Shown one piece after another: positions 38,101 to 51,230 of a stretch of DNA of 64,000 bases. Both the position numbers and the translations under genes were made by a program. The stretch is from positions 110,360,001-110,424,000 of the forward strand of contig JANJGN010000010.1 in assembly GCA_026770705.1 (NCBI GenBank), given 5' to 3'. The notes beneath the pieces were generated by a model that was given only the letters and a program-made list of their open reading frames with translations, ran no database searches and was not told the origin of the DNA. The first letter of the stretch is position 1, and the number at the start of each line of letters is the position of its first letter. Source of the stretch: Isurus oxyrinchus (taxonomy: Eukaryota).

Positions 38101-38764
38101 ATTGCAATGATTATCCCAAACAACTCATCATTCTCATTGTTCTGCATATTTTACCAATTGTAAAACTTCCCTTCAAACAATCCAACTACACAGATAATGA
38201 AGGAGTGCAGGTGTGTAAGACACCAAGATTGAATGCAGATCAAGTTTTACTGGTACACTCCTGGGTCCTGCTAGTATACAAGTAGATACAGAGCAACGAA
38301 AGTCAGCTTCCTTAAAAAGTAGGTGTTTAGGCCAAGGTAAGAAAGCAGTTGATACAACTGACTCCAATTTGTAACAGCAGTTACCCCAAGTCCTGTTGCA
38401 GATTTAATGGCTCATGTTGCCATTTATCTACCTCTCCCACAACCTACCACCTTTAATTTTGCTTTTCCTCTAAAATCAGTTTCTATGCCTTACCCTTGCC
38501 TTCCACAAAGTGAGGAGGACAGGTTTGTTCAACACAAAGGTATCAATATAGACAGCATTAAGAGGGTTATGGGTTTATTGCATTATCAGTACAGTTTTTA
38601 CTTCAGCAACCTCGTTCCATGAAAGCACACTCCTTCCACGGGAAAGTCAGTGTGCAATCACCAGTGAACAATGGGACTCGGGTTTTCACCCTCTCAATTG
38701 GAATTCAGGCTTTCATCAACCACCCTCAGCACTGACCACTCACTCACCGCCCGCCCGCTGCGCC

Positions 38765-38765
<1 letters not shown>

Positions 38766-38794
<29 letters not shown>
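38766..38794. repeat. C29 homopolymer preceded by a CCG-rich patch
   Basis: Direct count in the sequence. Confidence 0.9.
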
Positions 38795-38795
<1 letters not shown>

Positions 38796-39417
38796 CCAAA
38801 AGCTGCCTCAACACCCTTTAGTTGATCCCGCTGCTATTTTGACCATAGTAAAGTGTACTGCAGCTAATAAATGCAAACGGTTCAAGCATAGAACCGTTAC
38901 AGTAGCACCCCACTGTAAATCACCATCTCTGGACAAGTAATCTCACCAAGGTCCTATCTGCTCCACTGGAACAATTCCATAGGACAACAGTACATTTTTG
39001 CTCAGTAAATAACCAGTTTCTACAACTAATCTCAGGATTATTTTACAGGAATTGACAGTGAAAAACCAGCTCTAATCTCCAAAATTATAATGAATGCCTG
39101 CCTAAAAGCTCTAACACGGTTTATCCAATCTGCATTGCTGGAAAACCAAATATTTGCCTTTTTAATATATTCACAATGAACAAAATTACTTCTTTTGCAG
39201 AGTTACTCTGATTGTTTATAAAATGTATGGCTTACTTGGAGTCGGGGGTTACTGTACTGCAACTGAGATTGAAACGTATTGGTCAGGGCACTAGCAGCAG
39301 CACACACTTCAATTGTTAGGTGCTGAGATGCAAAATGTTAAGAAATTTTCCAATCTGTACCCTGATCAGGGCACACAGACCTGAAACCATGACTAACAGA
39401 TTGTGTGAACATTCTAC

Positions 39418-39586
39418 CTGGAATGTCAAAGTCAATCCACTTATGTGATGATCCACTGAATGTGTGCCGATCTTGCTTGTAGTCACTGCTGCTAGACATC
39501 AACAATTCATCACAGCCATCCTCAGACACACAACGAGGATCAAATTTCACAGACAGGTAAATAGCACCAGGGATGTGAACTTTGTC
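39418..39586 (-). CDS. ZZEF1: ZZEF1 coding exon, 169 nt, DKVHIPGAIYLSVKFDPRCVSEDGCDELLMSSSSDYKQDRHTFSGSSHKWIDFDIP(G)
   Basis: Overlaps ORF 39338..39550(-). Acceptor ttttacctttag|GAC, donor G|gtagaa, phase 0-1. Confidence 0.96.
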
Positions 39587-39977
39587 CTAAAGGTAAAAGG
39601 AAAACTTATTTAGTTTTATTGGATGATTTGCCATTATTCCCAAAGATGATTCTTAACCTGCCAAATCTTTGGTACAGAAACAAGCAAAGTGCTGCATAAA
39701 AAGTTATAAACCATTTCTGATTTATGACTAAGTGCCATGAATTAGGATTACCAAAAAGTTATGGCTTGCACTCGTTCTAATAAGCTGCCCTATGGTTTAC
39801 TTGTCGGAGGTTCACTGTTTGAATCCTCAGTGCACTGTGGGGAAATTTACATATCCAGTTATGTTCTGTTTGGTCAATCCTTTCTCATTTCTAGGTTTGT
39901 CAAGATGGACTCACGGCTACGATATCAGCACGTCTATCTTATCATCCTCACCATTCAACTGACTGAAAAATGACAGT

Positions 39978-41935
39978 CAAGAAATAGGAGCAGGAGTAGA
40001 TCCATTGAGTCTGCTCCACTATTTAATAAGATCACAGTTGCTCTTCTACTTCAACTCCACGTTCCAACTTTAATACCATATCCTTCGATTTTCTTAGTGC
40101 CCAAAAAAGCTATTGATCTCAGGCTTGAATATACTTAGCAATGGAACATTCACAGCACTCTTGGGTAGAGAATTCCAAAGATTCACAATTCTGAGTGTAG
40201 AAAATTCTCACTTCAAGTCTCGATGGCTGTTCCCCTTACCCTGAGACTACGATCCCTATTTCCACAGTCTACAGCCTGTGAAACCAGCATCTCAGCATCT
40301 ACCCTGTCATGCCCTCTAAGAACTTTATACATTTCAATGAGGTCAGCGCAATAAAAGTTAACAAACCATGTGTCGGTTGCAGCTGCATGTTAACTTTCTG
40401 TGATTCATGTACAGGGATCCACATCCTTCTGAATACCAACAATTAGTCTTTCCTTTTAAATATATTTTGCTTTTCCATTCTTTCTACCAAAGTGGGTAAT
40501 TCCACATTTCCTCTCGTTAGACTCCATCTGCCATCTTGCTCAATCACTTAATAGGTCAATATAATCCTTTGCTGTTCCTCTGCTTCCTCCTCACCGCTTA
40601 TTTTCCCATCTAGCTTTGCATCATCAGCAGCCTTGGATTTAGAACATTCAGTCCTCTCATCCAAGTCATTGATACAAATAGGAAATAGCTGAGGCTGAAG
40701 CACAGATGTTTGGCAGCACTTCAGTAGTTTTATGCTGCAATCCTGAAAATGACCCATTTACTCCTACTATTTTCTGTCAATTAACCAATCCCCAAACCCA
40801 TGCGATCTAACCTTGTGTAAGCACCTCTTGTGTGGCACCAATCCGTAGGGACTGTTCTAGAATCTAGGGAATTCTGCAAGATCAAAACCAACGCATCTAT
40901 TATCTTTGCTGTCATTTCTTTTAAAATCCTTGGATGTAAGGCATCAGGTCTAGGGAATTCGCTAGATTTTAGACTCCGGCACTTTTTCTCTACTAGTATT
41001 AATTACTTCAAGTTCCTATTGATTTCCCTTAATTTCCTCAGGGGAATAAATATAGCCTGAGAATTATGATTTTTTCTTTAAACATTTGTTATTGCTGATC
41101 CATCATCATATCTCTTAGTCCAAGTTCCTATTCTATCTCAGCTTGCTCATCATACCTCTGTAACTGGCTTTGTTTAAAATTTAAGACTATACTTTTATAC
41201 TTGAACATAATATGAAATTTTATCACATTATGATCACTCTTCTCCAGAGGATCATTTACTATAAAAGGTTAATAATTAACCCAGTCTCATTAAACAATAC
41301 TAGATCTAAAACAGCCTGTTCCATGGTTGGTTCCTTTTCATATTAGCCTAGAGAACTGTCTCAAATGCATTTCCTGAACTTGCCTGTCAAGTTACTTTAA
41401 CCAATTTGGTTTTCCCAGTCTCTATGGAGATTAAAGTCTCTCACAATTATTGCATTACCCTTGTTACACTCTCCTCTGACTTCCTGATTTATACCATGTC
41501 CAATACTACGATGACTGTTAGGGGCCCATAAACTACTCCCACCAGAGTTTGCTGCCCTTTGTTATTTCTGACCTCTACCCATAATAGTTCTATATCCTTG
41601 ATTTTCTGGGTGCTCTCTTCCTGCTACCTCTATCTCATCTTTTATCAGGACTGCTGCACCTCATTTTCCATTTTGCCATTCTTTTCCAAAGTCACGTACC
41701 CTGGAATATTCTGTGCCCAACTTTAGTCACCCTGCAATCGTGATCCCAATATTAACTTGCTCAAAATCCATTCACTGACAAACTTAAAATCGAACACCAT
41801 GTCTCATTAATGGCTACTAGATCAAGCTCATATCTATTTGTGCCATTAGTTAATTTAGCTTGTTGTGGATGCTTCACTTATTCAAACACACAACCTTTAA
41901 TTTTTTAATTTTTACTATTTTCTCTGATGCGATCT
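39978..41935 (-). mobile_element. Old, internally deleted CR1 (APE to 3' end)
   Basis: 3' tail 'aagaaataggagcaggagtag' at about 39980; ORF 40548..40757 'PQLF.ICINDLDE...ADDAKL'; APE remnants at about 41200-41900. Confidence 0.75.
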
Positions 41936-42384
41936 TAGTTGCTAATACCCTATTATTGTTGCTAAACTCTGTCCCTTCTTGATATGATCTGCTTGATTTT
42001 ACTCAAATCGCTAGTCTTCTCTACAGCCTCAACTTTTCGCTTTAGGCTCTACTTTGCATTCTTCAAATTAATTTTTTTCTGTACTTTAGATATGTTCTTC
42101 AACTATCCGCAGCTGACTAACTTTCGATTCTTCCACCCTGCTCAGTGCTCAACTTTTACCTCTGCTCTGTAAAGATGCTGACATGATTCAGTGTGTGAGG
42201 AACTTTGTAGACCAGCATATTTTTATTTTCTAGTGAAATTTCTTTTTGCTATGGTTCCAATTAAGATTGCCCCATCATCTTGATGGGAGGCAATGACCCA
42301 CTCAATGCTCAAAGATCTTCAACTTCAGCATGCAATTTCACTTCATCTATAAGTAGCAACAGATCTTCTGTTGCATTGGGCGCC

Positions 42385-42770
42385 AGCCATGGCTCATTTG
42401 ATAGCATTCTTGCCTAAGTCAGAAGGTTGTAGGTCCCACTCCAGAGACTTATGCACTTAATCTAGCGTAACATTCCTGTACAGCACGGAGTGTGTGTTGC
42501 ACTGCCGTCGTCCAGATGAAATATTAACGAGCGCTTTTCTGGTCGATGCAAAAGACTCCACGAGACTATTCGACCAAGAACTGGGGAGCTCTCCTGGCCA
42601 AACATATATCCTTCAAACCAACTTCACAGAAGAAAATTTAATTGGTCATTTATTTATTGCTGTTTGAGAGACCTTGCTGTGCACTAACTGGTGGACATAT
42701 TTCCTACACTACAACAGTACTTTTGAACATCCTAAAGATTTGAAAGACTCTGAATAAATTAATGTGCTTT
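42385..42770 (+). mobile_element. Deu-domain-type SINE
   Basis: Head 'tggctcatttgatagcattcttgcctaagtcagaaggttgtagg', core 'cagatgaaatattaacga...aaaagactccacgagactattcga', L2-like tail. Confidence 0.65.
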
Positions 42771-42920
42771 GTTGCTTGGCAAATAATGCAGAAAACTGTG
42801 TGGCCTTGCTCTGTCATGGTTTCATCTTCATGTCACTGTTTACACCAAAGACTCATCATCTTTGGTAGCCTAATCCCATATCCAAACTAACCACGGTTCA
42901 TATTAAAGCTACTGCAATAC

Positions 42921-43064
42921 CTCAATTGTAGTATTGTTGTCATAGGGATGCTTGGACTCCCTGACTTGAACATCCATTCCTGGTTCTTCCATAAACTGAC
43001 AGGCAGTCACTGCCAGAGACCCCAGCATGTTCTCACTACAACCGAGCAGCACTTTCTGCAGAAT
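42921..43064 (-). CDS. ZZEF1: ZZEF1 coding exon, 144 nt, ILQKVLLGCSENMLGSLAVTACQFMEEPGMDVQVRESKHPYDNNTTIE
   Basis: Acceptor ttatttgcatcag|ATT, donor GAG|gtattg, phase 0-0. Contains the ZZEF1 motif 'ACQFMEEPGM.VQVRESKHPY'. Confidence 0.96.
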
Positions 43065-43459
43065 CTGATGCAAATAAGGAAAATAAAATAGTAATTATGT
43101 AAAACAGAAAGTAAATTGTATAGGTAAAAATGTGAGGAATGCATAATGGGAAAGTTCCTTGCTGCAGTCAATTAAGCTGCAAACAGTGATAATATTAAGA
43201 ATACGAAAATATTTGTGTGGTTTGTTTGCTTTTCTGCTAGTGGTTCCTGCCACCATAACGCTTTCAATTTATTTGTACTTTAAAACATTAGGGCCAGCAA
43301 ACCTGGTCACATTTTTTTTCCATATTGATGTTTGATTATGTCAAACATTATATCATGGGGAGAGGCAATGGGTGGTGGCTGGGGGGTGGGTGCATGTTGG
43401 GGAAGAGAAAGAAAGAGAGACATTCCCTACATTACAACACTGCCTTTTTAAAAATTTTT

Positions 43460-43705
43460 CTTCTTATGAACCGAGCGGCTTGCTTGTTAAAAGTTAACCA
43501 CATTGCTGTGGGTCTGGAATCACATATAGGCCTGAATGGCAGATTTCCTTCTCTAAAGGACATTAGTGAACCAGATGAGTTTTTCCAACAATGGTTTCAT
43601 GGTCTAGCTTTTAATTCCAGCCACCAGCTGGCATGTCCCCAGAGTATTAGCCAGAGCCTACTGGTTACCAGTTCAGTGACATTACCACTACACCACTGTC
43701 ACCCC
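43460..43705 (-). mobile_element. tRNA-headed SINE (family of 61862-62170)
   Basis: 'aaccacattgctgtgggtctggaatcacatataggcc...ggcagatttccttctctaaaggacattagtgaaccagatg...gtgacattaccactacacc'. Confidence 0.7.
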
Positions 43706-44154
43706 ACCTACACTTTAAAAGCATTTCAGAATGTCCAGGAAATTGTTATACAAATAAAAGTCATTCTTTTAATAGCAAATATTGAAGTGCTGCTTTCACT
43801 AGTGATTCCTTTGTTGTCTGCATGACACAGGATAAAGCATTTGGCTCAGTGGTAGCATTTCTGCCTCAGAGTTCAAACCCCACTCCAAACAACCATGGCT
43901 AGTAGAGACCAGAGCTCTGAATTCCGTGTTAATATCCAGGAGATATTATGTCCCCACCCCAACCCCCAATTATCATATGGCCTGGCGGAGCCCCATAAGG
44001 ACCCTCTTGGCATATATAACCTATCAACCTGTAAATCTGTCCATTATTCCAAGGGAAGATGCGAAAACAACTCTGGATAGATAACCATGCCTTATTTAAA
44101 TGTTGCTTAGTAAATTACTGGCCTTGCTCGCAAGCCCAAACACTCATCACTAAC

Positions 44155-44514
44155 CTTTTCCCATAGCTGTTTTTCCTCCAGCTGCATGAGCAAGTCGAGT
44201 ATGTAGGCCATGTGAGATGGACAGCTGAGACCCAGCACTTCCTCTGTGATCGGCACTCCACTTGGCCAGTCAGCTAACAGAGAAGCGAGCACGTGCCTGG
44301 CATACAGTATAGAGATGGCTTCATTGACTTTGTACAGATAGTCACGCGCTGTCTTCTTGCTGCGTGTGTCAAGTTCTTTATGAAGCAGCATGGAGCTTTT
44401 AGTCCGTCGCTGTTTGGCAAAGCTGAGCTGCAGGTCACTTTCTGTGTTGGTTATGAGTTTCTGTGTCACAGGGTTGGTCTCTTCAGTTGCCTTCTCACAT
44501 CGCAGAGGCTTGGA
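44155..44514 (-). CDS. ZZEF1: ZZEF1 coding exon, 360 nt, SKPLRCEKATEETNPVTQKL...LYARHVLASLLADWP...LMQLEEKQLWEK
   Basis: Overlaps ORF 44107..44469(-). Acceptor gttttaacag|TCC, donor AAG|gttagt, phase 0-0. Strong match to the ZZEF1 C-terminal region. Confidence 0.96.
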
Positions 44515-44834
44515 CTGTTAAAACAGACAGGTTAGATTCACCTACCAATGTTTTTTAAAAATGCACAAAATCATTACAGTCCAATTTGAACATAATTTCA
44601 AGTCAACCTTGGCTATTCGCTCATCTGTTTGTGTTCATATGTATATTAGACGTTTCAAAGAATTTGCAGTCAGAGAACCACACCACCTAAGAGATTTCCA
44701 GATTAGGGATAAACAAATCAAAGTCTCAAATTGTCCCCATGGCTGATTGTTCACTTTAACTGTTTATAATAGTCAGCCATCGATGAAGCTTTAGTTGAGC
44801 ACAAAAGCAGACATTATGCTAAACCTCTCTAAAA

Positions 44835-46395
44835 CACCAGCTGAATTAGTGTGCTCAATTACGGGGACCACACTTTAGGAAGGATGTCAAAGTCTCAGAA
44901 AGGGTGCAGAGAATTATTAGAATGGTACCAGGGATGAAAGACTTCAAGAAGATGGAAAGAATTGAAATTTGGATTGCTCTCTGTAGGGCAGAGAAGGGTA
45001 AGGGGAGATTGATAAAGATTTTAAAATCATCAAGGGGTATCAGTGAGTAAATTAGGGAGAAACTGCTTCCACTTGCAACAGAATCAACAGACAGAGGACA
45101 CAGATTTAAGGTAACTGGCAAATGAGCCAGAGGCAACACGAGGTTATGATCTGGAATGCACGGCCTGAAAGTATGGCGGAAGCAGACTCAATAACTTTCA
45201 GAAGGGAATTGGATAAATATTTGCTGGGGAAAATTTTCCAGGACTGCAGGGAAACATGGGAAGTGGGACTAATTTAGCTAGCTCTTTCAAAGAGCCATCA
45301 TGTGTATGAGGGGCTGAATGGTGTCCTTCCTGATTCTACAAAAAAAAAACACAAATGGTACTGACATGGTAATTTCTACAAGAAAAATGACTTATTTATA
45401 AACGGACCTTTATAGGATTATATTTCTGCACAAAAATTAAAATCAATGCATCAAAATACCAAAGTTTATTCAGTGAAGTAAAGCTATTGGACAATACTAC
45501 AAAGATGTACAGAAATCAAGAGGTCCCCCCCATTGCATGAATGTGTTGCTACATGGATTGTAAGCAGTCTAGATAGAAACATTAAATTACAGAGAGATAT
45601 TAATAGATTAAGTGAATGGGAAAAACTGTGGCAAATGGAGTTCAATATAAGTGTGAGGTCATCCACTTTATATCTAAAAAGGATAGAGCAGAGTGCTTTT
45701 TAACCAGTGAAAAGTTGGAAACAGTGGAGATTCAAAGAAACCTGGGGGATCCAGATACACAGATCATCAAAATGCCATAGCAAGATACAGAAATTCATCA
45801 AAAAAGATTAATGGAATGCTGGTCTTTATATCTACAGGAATAGAATACAAGGTGGTAGCAGTTATGCTATAGTTATACTAAGCTCTGGTTAGATCACACC
45901 TGGAGTAGTGTTCAATTCTGGGCATCACACTTTAGGAAGAATACACTGACCTTGGAAGAAGTGCAGTGTGGGTTTTCTTGAATGATACCTGGACTCCAAG
46001 GGTTAGATAACAAGGGGATATTACACAAACTAGGGTTATGTTCTCTGGAATTTAGAAGGTTAAGAGGTGGTTTGATTGAAATTTTCAAGATATTAAAGGG
46101 CACAGGTCAGGTAGATAAAGAGGAACAATTTCTCCTGATTGGAATTAAGGAATGGGGGGCATAGACGAAAAGTTAAAAGTTAGCACAAAAAATGGTCGAA
46201 GTTTGGAATTCTTCTTCTTCAAATGGCAGTTGATGCTAGGTCAAATATTAATCTTAAAACTGTGATTGATGGATTTTTGTTAATCAAAGTTATTAAGGGA
46301 TGGATAAGTAGCAATGGTGGATTTATGAATTCAGGTCACAGATCAATCACAAGCTCACTGATGGGTGGAACAGCTAGTTGGCCTGTTCCTACGAT
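44835..46395 (+). mobile_element. Two adjacent old CR1 3' fragments (about 44835-45340 and 45550-46395)
   Basis: 'cactttaggaaggatgtc' and 'LEFRRLRGGLIEIFKILKG' (ORF 45982..46164); CR1-type 3' ends. Confidence 0.75.
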
Positions 46396-47044
46396 AGCTT
46401 TATGGTAAAAACAGACCCATTCAGACCTGTCAGGGGGCAACAAGAATCACAGACCTCAATGCCCTTTACCTAGGAACATCAGCTAGCATTTCCACCCTGA
46501 TGACTATCCAGTTACTCCTGCTGCAGCCTTCTGGTCAGGTGAAGAATCGATTTGTGAATAATGCTCCCCGGGGGGAATGGATAGCCAGCGCTCTTGGGGT
46601 AGGCTTATTGGTTGGCTTCATGAGGTACTGGAGGTGAGCACACCTGTGAAATTGTATCCCAGCATGAGTAAGCCTCTTTAGCATTGAAGGAGCTAATTTA
46701 TAAATTAATCCAATGCAAGTCTCAAGATGTTGATGTTTTAAAATAAATACAATGGAATCTTTGAGCTGAAAGACCAGTTTAGCTTTCTAGATACTTTACC
46801 ATCATTTAAAAATTCTGATAACTTGGGGAGCATAGGTAACTCTTTTGAGGGGATGAACCTTATTTTCTGCCCAGTTCACTGCGCCACCTGATAAAAGACT
46901 TCTCCCTGATCTCAAACCTGCCACAGCAACAGGGAAGAGGTACAAAACTCAGTCACGCGGTTGAACAGTGAGCCTGTGGCTCAATCAGCTGCTGTTCACT
47001 TTGTATTGGCACTCTATTATATGATGTCAGTACATCTATCCTTT

Positions 47045-47680
47045 AATTTATTCATGGGATATGGGCATCAATGGCAACGCCAGCATTTATTTCTCAACTT
47101 AGCTGCCCTGGAAGACATTGATGAGGTGCCTTCTTGAATGCAACTGTGAGACTCATGATAATAAAAACAGAAATTGCTGGAAAAACTCAGCAGGTCTGGC
47201 AGCATCTGTGGAAAGAGAAATAGCGTTAATGTTTCAAGTCTATGTGACTCAGAGTCTCAGCTCTGAAGAAGAGTCATACAGACTCGGAATGTTAATTCTT
47301 CCTCTCTCCACAGATGCTGCCAGACCTGCTGAGTTTTTCCAACATTTTCTGTTTCTATATCAGATTTCTAGCATCCACAGTATTTTGCTTTTATTATGTG
47401 AGAAATTGCTAGGTCATTTCAGAAGGAAGGTATGAGTCATCCATATTGCTGTGGGTCTGGACCGAGCAAAGGACGAGTAAACTAGGTAGGCTGTTACGAT
47501 AATTCGGTTGATTTCTAGCAGCCATTACTGATACTAGCATTTTATCCTAGATTTACTTAATGAATTGAACTTTTAAATTCCCTAGCTGTCATTTTGGAAG
47601 TTGAACACGTCTTTGGATTAATCTAGATTATTAGTCCAGGCCTCTGGGTTACTAATACAGTAACATAAATTCCATGTTAC
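47045..47680 (-). mobile_element. SINE with family-2 tail, hosting a Penelope-derived hairpin insertion
   Basis: Tail 'ttcatgggatatgggcatc...cagcatttatt' at about 47050; body 'attgctgtgggtctgg' at about 47445. Confidence 0.65.
47152..47396. mobile_element. Short palindromic Penelope-derived element with hammerhead-like motif, TSD TGTGAGA
   Basis: Long inverted arms; CTGAAGA-A-GAGTC-ATACA-GACTC-GGAA at 47263-47289; TGTGAGA at 47145-47151 and 47397-47403. Confidence 0.8.
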
Positions 47681-48211
47681 TGAAATCCACAGCCCTCCCA
47701 GATAATTAACAAATCATGATAAATATGGCAGTGTCATGATTGCAGGAAAAGTATACAGCTACAGGTCTTTCCGGTGTAACTCTAATGCTCACAAGAAAAC
47801 TTAATTTAGTAAAGAGGCCTATGTCTCTCTGTCGTGGGTTTTCAACTCTGGGACTAGAATTCAAATCTGGCCTGTGCTGATAGGATCAAAGTTCCAAGCT
47901 GCAAGGGTTAGATGTGAAATGAAAATGGTAGGAATGGGCAAAATCATTCAGATGGGCCTTAAGTTAGCTGGGGGAAATACAAAAATATCATTCCATTAAA
48001 GTAGGGGCGGTCAAGGTTGGGACCAGATAAACTGTTAGGGGCACGGTTGAGGGGTTTTATTCTGGTTGTAATTTACCTAACCTGGGAATGCCTGATGTTG
48101 ACATGTGCCAGAATTCATCAGCATATGAAACTCCAACACCAAGGATAATGCAATGGAGTATATGCGATTGGCCAAGAATACCATTACTACCAGCTGTCTG
48201 GCCTGATACAA

Positions 48212-48867
48212 TAGGCTGGGTATTACCAGCCCTCTAGGAATAGGCTGGGAGGTGAGGGGGGGGAAGGGGCTCATAATATGGCAAGGAATGTTGGGAGGAT
48301 GCCATGCTCGTCATTGTCCCGCTGCCATGCCATTTTACCAGCAGTGGAGAAGATGGAGGACAGCCTTCTCGCCCAGAGGCCAACCAAACCACTGAAGCTG
48401 GCATTTTACCATCAGCTGCTGCATGGGGACACAGCCTGGTGAACCCTGGTGGCCTCTCTTTGGACTTGGGAAAGGGAGTGGGGTGGCCTCATAATCAGGC
48501 ACTCTGTGGGCCACTAAGGGGTCCCCTGGCAGCAATGGCCCCCACCTCCTCTGCCCTCACCAACACCCACCCCACTGCTTACTCACCTGCCAAGGCCTAT
48601 TTGACTGACTTTGATGCCCCCAGATGTCACTTCCATGTTTGGGAGTGTAGCTTGCTTCTAAGGTGTCTTCTGCTTCTAGGTGCAGTCCTAGCTGTGGCCA
48701 CAGCTCCCAGTGGTGCTGCTGAGACTGCTGGGAGCCCTCTGATTGGCCGGCAGCTCCTAATTAGTTGCATGTCAGGGGTAAAATGTGGCCGGGCATCCTG
48801 AAAACTGTCAAGGGAGGTTCCATTACCCGTTGTCAGAATGCCCACCACAATAACAAAATTCATCCCA
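48212..48867. mobile_element. Probable GC-rich non-autonomous DNA transposon (MITE-like)
   Basis: GC-rich island with degenerate inverted ends ('aggctgggtatt' / 'aaaattcatccc') and internal inverted motifs ('cattttacc' / 'ggtaaaatg', 'ggccaacca' / 'tgattggcc'). Confidence 0.45.
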
Positions 48868-50831
48868 ATGAGTTTTTTTTTATTCATTCATGGGATATGG
48901 GCATCACTGGCTAGATCAGCATTTATTGCCCTTGTTCAGAGAGCATTTAAGAGTCAACCACATTCCCCAAAGCATACCCTGGCTCTCTGGGTTACTACTT
49001 CAGCAACAATAACACTACACCATCACCTCCCCTATGACTACTTAGACAAACAGCCTCAGACCTGCATCCCAATATATGTCGCCGTCTACATTAGGGGAAG
49101 GTAAAGATGAAAGAAAAAATGAAAAATTAACGATGCGTTTGGCTGATGTATGTTGGGCAAGTTCAGGAAGGTTTGGGTGCGGGGGCAAGACCCGCCTTAC
49201 TACACTGGTTTTACCAATACTCAGAAATCTAACATAACATTGTATGAACAGGCACAGACTAGGAATATATAAATCAGAAAAACAGATAGCTGCATTTCCT
49301 GAAGACTTGTATGTTTTACTCCAGGATGAGGTGAGGATATAGCAACTTGATGATTAATGTAGAAGAAAACTCTGAGCAATTAGCTTCTTACTTCCCATCC
49401 CACTTTTTAGGACAGGATGGCAGAAGATTCAGAAATACGGCCTTCATTCCAATACCCAAAGCACCAACCTCATGCCAGCGGGAATATTGCAGTATTCAGG
49501 TCTTATCCCATGAGCACAGTAAAGATTTTTGCACAGAAAACTTAAATTCCGCTACGACCCAATCTATTTATATGCAAGTCTGCCATTAGCAAATTCCTGA
49601 TGTAGACTAACATTTTAATGCTATCCCAAATAGATCAACATGGTTGGAACATGCTGCACACCCATACTTGTGGCACAGAAGTCTGTTTGCAAAGTCTTGT
49701 CCATTTCAATCTGCATTTTCTTTTTGTACAGAGTTGCATATAAACAGAATACAAAAAACTGAAAAGGGAAATGTTAGGATTTTTTTAAAAAGCTGCATGT
49801 AAGCTGATGCTGTATCGATCAGTTAAAGACAAAATTAGATTTTCGTGCATGCGCTAGGTGAGGTAGGTTTGATTTCTTCAATGTGGAAATGACTGGCCAC
49901 TTACCAGTGTGCAGAGTTTTCCCATGATCTTGTGCTGTGGAAAGGGGTGATGTTGGTGAGTGCAAGTTACAAGGGTTGTGCCGAAATTTTACCACAGAAC
50001 TAGTACAAGAAGATATTAATGGGTTATTCGTAATGAAAGCAGAAAGTGCTGGAAATATATAGCCAGTCCATCATCATTAAATAGGAACTACTTTATCTAA
50101 CTTGTAGGGTTTTCCTTCATCTGAATAGCATCCTCCAAGCACTGCTGGAATGGGCCAGCCCATTTTGGTGGGGATATATGGGAAGAAAAATCTTAAAAGT
50201 CTCCCTTTAGAGATATTATGTTGAAACATTAGACTTATCCATGTAACCAGACACATCCATTTACAGTAAGTATGAACCTACCCTGCTGCACATGTTCAAT
50301 TTGCTCAAAATGTTTCTCAAAAGACATTATATACACTTTATGGGAACTCCACTGGGCTAAATGTACTCCTAAATGAAGCGATTTCCACAAGTTCCAACAG
50401 AAATAGCATATATTGGAGAAATGAACATCATACAGTGCAACCTCTGTACATGTTGGATGTGGACATTTGCTTTCAGGATGCCCAGCCGATGGCTGTGGAA
50501 TTATTGAACAGTGATTTTACTGCTCTTTTCGAACAACTAGATTGTAATGTATTTTACATTTAATAAGGTCCCTGGCAAACCACATTTCGGCATAATAGAA
50601 CCATACTGCATCATTTGGCCCATGGTGTTTGTGTCTACTCTTTGAAGAGCTATCCAATTAGTAACATGGCCCTGCTCTTTCCCATACCTCAACAAACGTC
50701 TCCTTTTCAACAATATATGCAACTTCCTTTTGGAAGGGATGGGACAGGGAGGATGGATCGAATCTGCCTGACCAATTTACTTGCATCACTCCAATTCTCC
50801 TTTTTTTTTAATTTGTTCAAGGGTTGATTCC

Positions 50832-51230
50832 ATTCACTTCGACTTTACTAGGGCTCTTAGATGCCATAGTCGGCCAAATGCTGCCTTGATGTCAAGGGCT
50901 GTCACTCTCACCTTATCCCCTGAGTTCAGCACATTTGTCCATGTTTGGGCCAAGCCTGTAATGAGTTGTGGAACCAAATAGTCCTGATGGAGCCCAAACT
51001 GAGCATTAGTAAGCAGGTTATTGCTGAGTGTTTGCCGCTTGATATCACTGTCAACGACACATCCCATCACTTTGCTGATAATTGAAAGTAAAGCGACGGA
51101 GTGATACAATTGACCACATTAGATTAGTCCTGCTTTCTGTGCGTAGGACATATCTGGGAAATTTCCCACATTGTTGGGTAGATGCCAGTGTTGTAGCTGT
51201 ACTTGAACAACTGGGCTAGGGATGCGGCCA
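50832..51230 (-). mobile_element. Family-2 LINE RT fragment
   Basis: ORF 50834..51109 'LLSIISKVM...NNLLTNAQFG...VRVTALDIKAAF'. Confidence 0.75.

Noticed and set aside
48304-48801. 165-aa ORF in a GC-rich island
   Set aside because: Lies in a probable MITE-like repeat; no recognisable domain, and high GC explains the lack of stops.
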